DNA of 31,204 bases, taken from an uncultured bacterium (GTDB lineage Bacteria > Schekmanbacteria > GWA2-38-11 > J061). The DNA is taken from the NCBI GenBank assembly GCA_964549305.1, contig CAZJVM010000031.1, positions 1-31,204 on the forward strand, read 5' to 3'. The notes under the pieces are model-generated. The model saw only the letters and a program-made list of their open reading frames with translations, had not been told where the DNA came from and searched no databases. Position numbers and translations under genes: made by a program. Below are positions 27,689 through 31,204 of this stretch, in pieces. The stretch's first letter is position 1, and the number at the start of each line of letters is the position of its first letter.

Positions 27689-28021
27689 TTATTCAACTAT
27701 TTTTATTTGATTGAGGTTCGGTTTCTTAAGTTCCATTTTTTCTATTGCTTTGTTTTCAACCTTCTCAAGAGAGGAAAGATTCATCAGTTTCATCTTCAGT
27801 ATTTGATTTTTATCAAGCAATTCCTTAACTTCCTCCTGTTTTTCCTGGATGTCATACCCAAGACGCATACCGTAGATTTCTTTCCACGTTAGAAGAAAAA
27901 ATCCCGAGGCAATAAAAAGGACTATCAAAAAAGTTGTAATGAAAGAGCGCACCTTATTTCCACCGATATAGACACTTTTCCCGCCTGTCATTGCGCGGGT
28001 ATTATTAAGCTTTATGCGCAT
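27689..28021 (-). CDS. ftsL: Cell division protein FtsL
   Basis: 110 aa, single TM helix, then coiled coil ending L.S.EKVE..A...M.L..P; lies between rsmH and ftsI; GGAGG RBS. Confidence 0.85.
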   Translation of the reverse strand: MRIKLNNTRAMTGGKSVYIGGNKVRSFITTFLIVLFIASGFFLLTWKEIYGMRLGYDIQEKQEEVKELLDKNQILKMKLMNLSSLEKVENKAIEKMELKKPNLNQIKIVE

Positions 28022-28052
28022 TCGCCTCCCCCTCCTGATATTGTTAAATGTG

Positions 28053-28988
28053 TTAACCTGCCCTTTCGGCTATCCTTAAAAGAGCGCTCCTTGCCCTCGG
28101 ATTTAAATCAACTTCTTCCTTTGATGCTCTCAAAGGCTTTTTTACGATTCTCTTTATAAGGACTTTACGGTTACATACACATTGAACAATCTCAGGCGGA
28201 CATACGCATCCCTTCTCGTTTTCAACGAAGAATTGTTTTACAATGCGGTCTTCAAGGGAGTGGTAGGAGATAACACAAATGCGTCCTCCCTCTTTAAGGA
28301 CTGACAGAGCGCCGCGCAGAACTGACTTAAGGTTTTCAAGTTCAGAGTTCACTGCAATGCGCAACGCAAGAAATGTTCTGGTAGCAGGATGGATTCGTCT
28401 TGACTGAAACTTTCCCGGAATTGAATCGGAAACTATTTGGGAAAGCCGGCTGGTTGTCCTGATAGGATTTTCAGCTCTTTTTGCAACAATATTTCTCGCT
28501 ATTCTCGAAGCCCATTTTTCCTCCCCATACATTTTTATAATTCTTTGAAGCTCGGATTTACTGCGTTCGTTAACCAGGTTATAAGCGCTTTCGCCCATCC
28601 TGGTATCCATTCTCATGTCAAGCTCCCCTTTATTTAAAAAACTAAATCCTCTCTCGCCCTTCTCAAGCTGATGGCTCGATACTCCAAGGTCAAGGAGGAT
28701 TCCGCCAACCTTCTCTTCCTCCGCCCGACTGAGGATTTCAGGAATGTCCCTGAAGTTTCCTCTGATAATCTTCGCCCTGTCGCCATAAACGGAAAGCCTT
28801 TTCCCCGCATACTCAAGGGCGTCGGCATCGGCGTCGATTCCAACAATCCTGCATCGCGGATATTTTTCAAGCATCCCTTCACTGTGCCCTCCTCCTCCCA
28901 GTGTCCCGTCCACAATCACACTGTCGCGCACAGGATAAAAAGCATCCAGGACTTCCGCAAGCATTACCGGTATGTGGTATTTTCCCAT
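28053..28988 (-). CDS. rsmH: 16S rRNA m4C1402 methyltransferase RsmH (MraW)
   Basis: H.PVM..E, DGTLGGGGHS, DLGVSS.QL...RGFSF, LDMRMD, HPATR.F.ALRI.VN.EL, SYHSLEDR.VK and NPRARSA motifs. Confidence 0.98.
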   Translation of the reverse strand: MGKYHIPVMLAEVLDAFYPVRDSVIVDGTLGGGGHSEGMLEKYPRCRIVGIDADADALEYAGKRLSVYGDRAKIIRGNFRDIPEILSRAEEEKVGGILLDLGVSSHQLEKGERGFSFLNKGELDMRMDTRMGESAYNLVNERSKSELQRIIKMYGEEKWASRIARNIVAKRAENPIRTTSRLSQIVSDSIPGKFQSRRIHPATRTFLALRIAVNSELENLKSVLRGALSVLKEGGRICVISYHSLEDRIVKQFFVENEKGCVCPPEIVQCVCNRKVLIKRIVKKPLRASKEEVDLNPRARSALLRIAERAG

Positions 28989-28997
28989 AACGCATTC

Positions 28998-29474
28998 TTA
29001 CACACTCTTATTTGAAAATATTTTGGCGGCACAGGAAATAATTTCAGCGTTATCCTTCAAATCATCTGAAACTGTGCTCCAGTTTTCCGTATTCCAAATT
29101 TCAAAACCGTTGATATCGCCTCTCAAGGTTACATCCTTGTCTATCTGCGCATGGACTCTGTGCTCTGAAGGCATAAGTATTCTCCCTGCCTTGTCCAGGG
29201 GGCAATATCTCACTGTGGAGAGAATCAGTCTTCGCACTTCTCTTTCCACAGGGTCGAATATGTTCAATCCCGCGACTCTGGACTCAACTCTTTTCCACTC
29301 TGACATGGGGAAAGAAATGAGATAATTCTCTCCAACACTTTGAAAAATCATCAATTCTTCTGTATACTGTGTTTTGAGAATTTCTCTGTAAATGGAGGGA
29401 ATGGAAAAACGTCCTTTTGCGTCGAGGGTATGATTAAATGTTCCGGTAAATGTAGTTATCTGATAACTATTCAT
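28998..29474 (-). CDS. mraZ: Division/cell wall cluster transcriptional repressor MraZ
   Basis: Two SpoVT/AbrB repeats with LDAKGR..IP and LDKAGRI.MP, and G....FEIW; first gene of the dcw cluster. Confidence 0.95.
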   Translation of the reverse strand: MNSYQITTFTGTFNHTLDAKGRFSIPSIYREILKTQYTEELMIFQSVGENYLISFPMSEWKRVESRVAGLNIFDPVEREVRRLILSTVRYCPLDKAGRILMPSEHRVHAQIDKDVTLRGDINGFEIWNTENWSTVSDDLKDNAEIISCAAKIFSNKSV

Positions 29475-29510
29475 AAATAAAATATTTAAAAATTAGAAAG
29501 AAGATTTCTT

Positions 29511-29537
29511 ATCCCACATCATCCCACATCGCAACAC
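29511..29537 (-). promoter_or_regulatory. MraZ binding repeats
   Basis: Minus strand GTGTT-N5-GTGGG-N5-GTGGG (exact decamer ATCCCACATC twice) with a 10-bp period, directly downstream of the -10 box; matches the known TGGG-type MraZ operator layout. Confidence 0.8.
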
Positions 29538-29539
29538 CA

Positions 29540-29568
29540 AAGATAACTTTGAAATCATTCTTTGTCAA
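29540..29568 (-). promoter_or_regulatory. Sigma70-type promoter of the dcw operon (Pmra)
   Basis: Minus strand TTGACA-N17-TATCTT immediately upstream of the MraZ boxes. Confidence 0.78.
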
Positions 29569-29607
29569 GAAAAAACGGTTTTCATCGATTCAATTTTTAT
29601 CTTTATA

Positions 29608-29620
29608 AATCAAGGGCTTA
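29608..29620 (+). promoter_or_regulatory. Putative IHF binding site
   Basis: AATCAAGGGCTTA matches WATCAANNNNTTR exactly and has an AT-rich 5' flank. Confidence 0.55.
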
Positions 29621-29628
29621 TTTTTTTT

Positions 29629-29644
29629 ACACAATATATAGTGC
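29629..29644. promoter_or_regulatory. NrdR-box-like palindrome
   Basis: ACACAATATATAGTGC versus NrdR consensus acaCwAtATaTwGtgt (15/16). Confidence 0.6.
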
Positions 29645-29881
29645 CACTTTTTTAAAATACTCCACCACAGGAATGGTAAAGAGGGCTTAAAAAAGTTAAA
29701 AATATTTTTATTTATTAATTTTAAGCACTTGACAGGAGTTTCTGCGGATTATTCCCGGATGAAGAGTTTTTTCTATAAAATCACAATCTTCCGGTATAAA
29801 GTCACAAGATATTTATAAGGTTGACCTGACATTGACTTTTATTATAAATAAATATCATTCAAATTATCCGGGGGATTAAAA

Positions 29882-30913
29882 ATGAAGAAAATCGGTGTTC
29901 TTACCGGAGGCGGTGATTGTCCGGGATTAAATGCGGTGCTACGCGCGACAGTAAGGCGCGCCAACCAATATAATTACGAAGTTATCGCCGTCAAACGCGG
30001 ATGGCACGGAATGATTTTCGGTGAAACGGAACCCCTTACAAATTTTTCAGTTTCAGGAATTCTGCCTCGCGGTGGCACCATCATAGGAACATCGCGCACA
30101 AATCCATATAAAAAGAAAGAGCATCTTCAGATGCTTTTCAATAATTACAAAAAATTCGGGCTTGATGCCCTCATCGCCGTAGGCGGTGAAGACACTCTCG
30201 GCGTTGCGGCAAAACTCTCCGGGGAAGGTCTGAACATAATCGGCATACCGAAAACCATTGATAACGACATAAACGGCACTGACTTCACATTCGGTTTTGA
30301 TACGGCAGTAACCGTTGTAACCGAAGCAATAGACCGCCTTCATTCAACTGCTGAATCACACGACAGAATAATGGTGCTTGAAGTTATGGGCAGACATACG
30401 GGATGGATAGCAACTTACGGAGGCATCGCGGGAGGCGCGGACATAATTCTAATTCCCGAAGTTCCTTTTGATATTGAAGAAGTCTGCGCAACTCTGAAAA
30501 AACGACATGCTCGCGGAAAAAATTTCAGCATCATTGTCGCCGCGGAAGGGGCGCGAGAGAAAAATATGAAGGATGCCCTCACATCGAGCGCCCAAACTGA
30601 TGATTTCGGACACGTAAAACTGGGCGGTGTCGGTTCATACCTTATGAGAGAAATAGAAAAAATAACAGGTTATGACAGCAGAGTGACTGTGCTCGGGCAC
30701 GTTCAACGAGGCGGCACTCCCACGGCATTTGACCGCGTCCTTGCAACGCGCTACGGCATCAAGGCGGTTGACCTCATAAAAGAGGAAAAATTCGGACAGA
30801 TGGTCTCATTTCATTGCAACGAAATTACTTCCGTGCCGATTTCAACAGTAGTGGAAAAACTCAAGACAATCGACCTCGATCTTTACAACATCGCGAAGGT
30901 CTTTTTCGGATAA
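29882..30913 (+). CDS. pfkA: Family A 6-phosphofructokinase, probably pyrophosphate-dependent (group III type)
   Basis: TGGGDCPGLN, GGT..GTSR, GGEDT, PKTIDND, EVMGR..GW and LGHVQRGG motifs; GGGGG RBS. Confidence 0.95.
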   Translation: MKKIGVLTGGGDCPGLNAVLRATVRRANQYNYEVIAVKRGWHGMIFGETEPLTNFSVSGILPRGGTIIGTSRTNPYKKKEHLQMLFNNYKKFGLDALIAVGGEDTLGVAAKLSGEGLNIIGIPKTIDNDINGTDFTFGFDTAVTVVTEAIDRLHSTAESHDRIMVLEVMGRHTGWIATYGGIAGGADIILIPEVPFDIEEVCATLKKRHARGKNFSIIVAAEGAREKNMKDALTSSAQTDDFGHVKLGGVGSYLMREIEKITGYDSRVTVLGHVQRGGTPTAFDRVLATRYGIKAVDLIKEEKFGQMVSFHCNEITSVPISTVVEKLKTIDLDLYNIAKVFFG

Positions 30914-30922
30914 TTAATCATA

Positions 30923-31100
30923 TCTGAATCATTCGGTTGTAATGCCATCATCTTCGCTCTTGCACAAAATGGCCTCTCGCGCGTCACCTTCCAGCTTGAC
31001 TGGAAGGTCCAGTCTAAATCATTCGGTTGTAATGCCATCATCTTCGAGCTTGCACAAAATGGCCTCGCGCGCGTCACCTTCCAGCTTGACTGGAAGGTCC
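30923..31100 (+). repeat. Tandem duplication, 90-bp period, each unit ending in a CGTC-tagged REP-like hairpin
   Basis: 30923-31010 versus 31013-31100 differ at 4 of 88 positions; each contains CGTC-ACCTTCCAG-CTTGA-CTGGAAGGT-CC (perfect 9-bp stem). Confidence 0.92.
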
Positions 31101-31122
31101 GGAAATGAATTCCCTTTCCAAT

Positions 31123-31197
31123 CGGCACTCTTATAAAGCTGTCATCCCACGGCACTCTTGTTTAGCTGTCATTCTCCGGCACCGACCGGGGAATCCA
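31123..31197 (+). repeat. 27-bp-period tandem repeat ending in a further REP-like hairpin
   Basis: CGGCACTCTT....AGCTGTCAT units start at 31123 and 31150, with a partial unit at 31177; hairpin GTC-ATTCTCCGG-CACCGA-CCGGGGAAT-CCA at 31168-31197. Confidence 0.8.
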
Positions 31198-31204
31198 CAA
31201 ACCT

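Noticed and set aside
29660..29678. Second NrdR box about 31 bp from the first
   Set aside because: CACCACAGGAATGGTA matches the consensus core poorly.
30883..31155. ORFs of 90 aa (-) and 64 aa (+) with internal repeats
   Set aside because: They are by-products of the 90-bp (multiple of 3) DNA duplication; no RBS or protein-like features.
30923..31197. Possible CRISPR array (palindromic ~30-bp repeats)
   Set aside because: The intervening sequences are near-identical rather than unique spacers, there are only two regular units, the period is 90 bp and no cas genes are visible.

Overview
A 31.2-kb bacterial chromosomal window. By inference it comes from an anaerobic or facultative diderm, given the PEP-CTERM gene, meso-DAP MurE, NfnAB and a radical SAM gene after ftsZ as in deltaproteobacteria-like lineages. 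(1) Bases 1-5350 form a visibly AT-rich envelope/accessory segment. It holds two SAM methyltransferases, an SGNH hydrolase and a choice-of-anchor L PEP-CTERM protein. That gene has a full sigma54 promoter, two enhancer palindromes and an IHF site, and is bracketed by short repeats. (2) Bases 5351-11073 (+ strand) encode a diguanylate cyclase with a degenerate receiver domain, an M48-LysM lipoprotein, a TIM-barrel isomerase and the electron-bifurcating transhydrogenase NfnAB. (3) Bases 11076-29474 (- strand) are a dcw cluster: mraZ-rsmH-ftsL-ftsI-murE-murF-murD-ftsW-murG-murC-murB-ddl-ftsQ-ftsA-ftsZ-radical SAM. mraY is cleanly missing. The promoter region has MraZ boxes, an IHF site and an NrdR-box match. 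(4) A divergent, probably PPi-dependent phosphofructokinase is followed by a 90-bp tandem duplication and REP-like palindromes, and a relative of those palindromes lies 28 kb away. No rRNA, tRNA, CRISPR or transposase was recognised. No clear-cut novel multi-gene system is evident. The best leads are the mraY-less dcw cluster, the NrdR box at mraZ and the non-coding repeat families.
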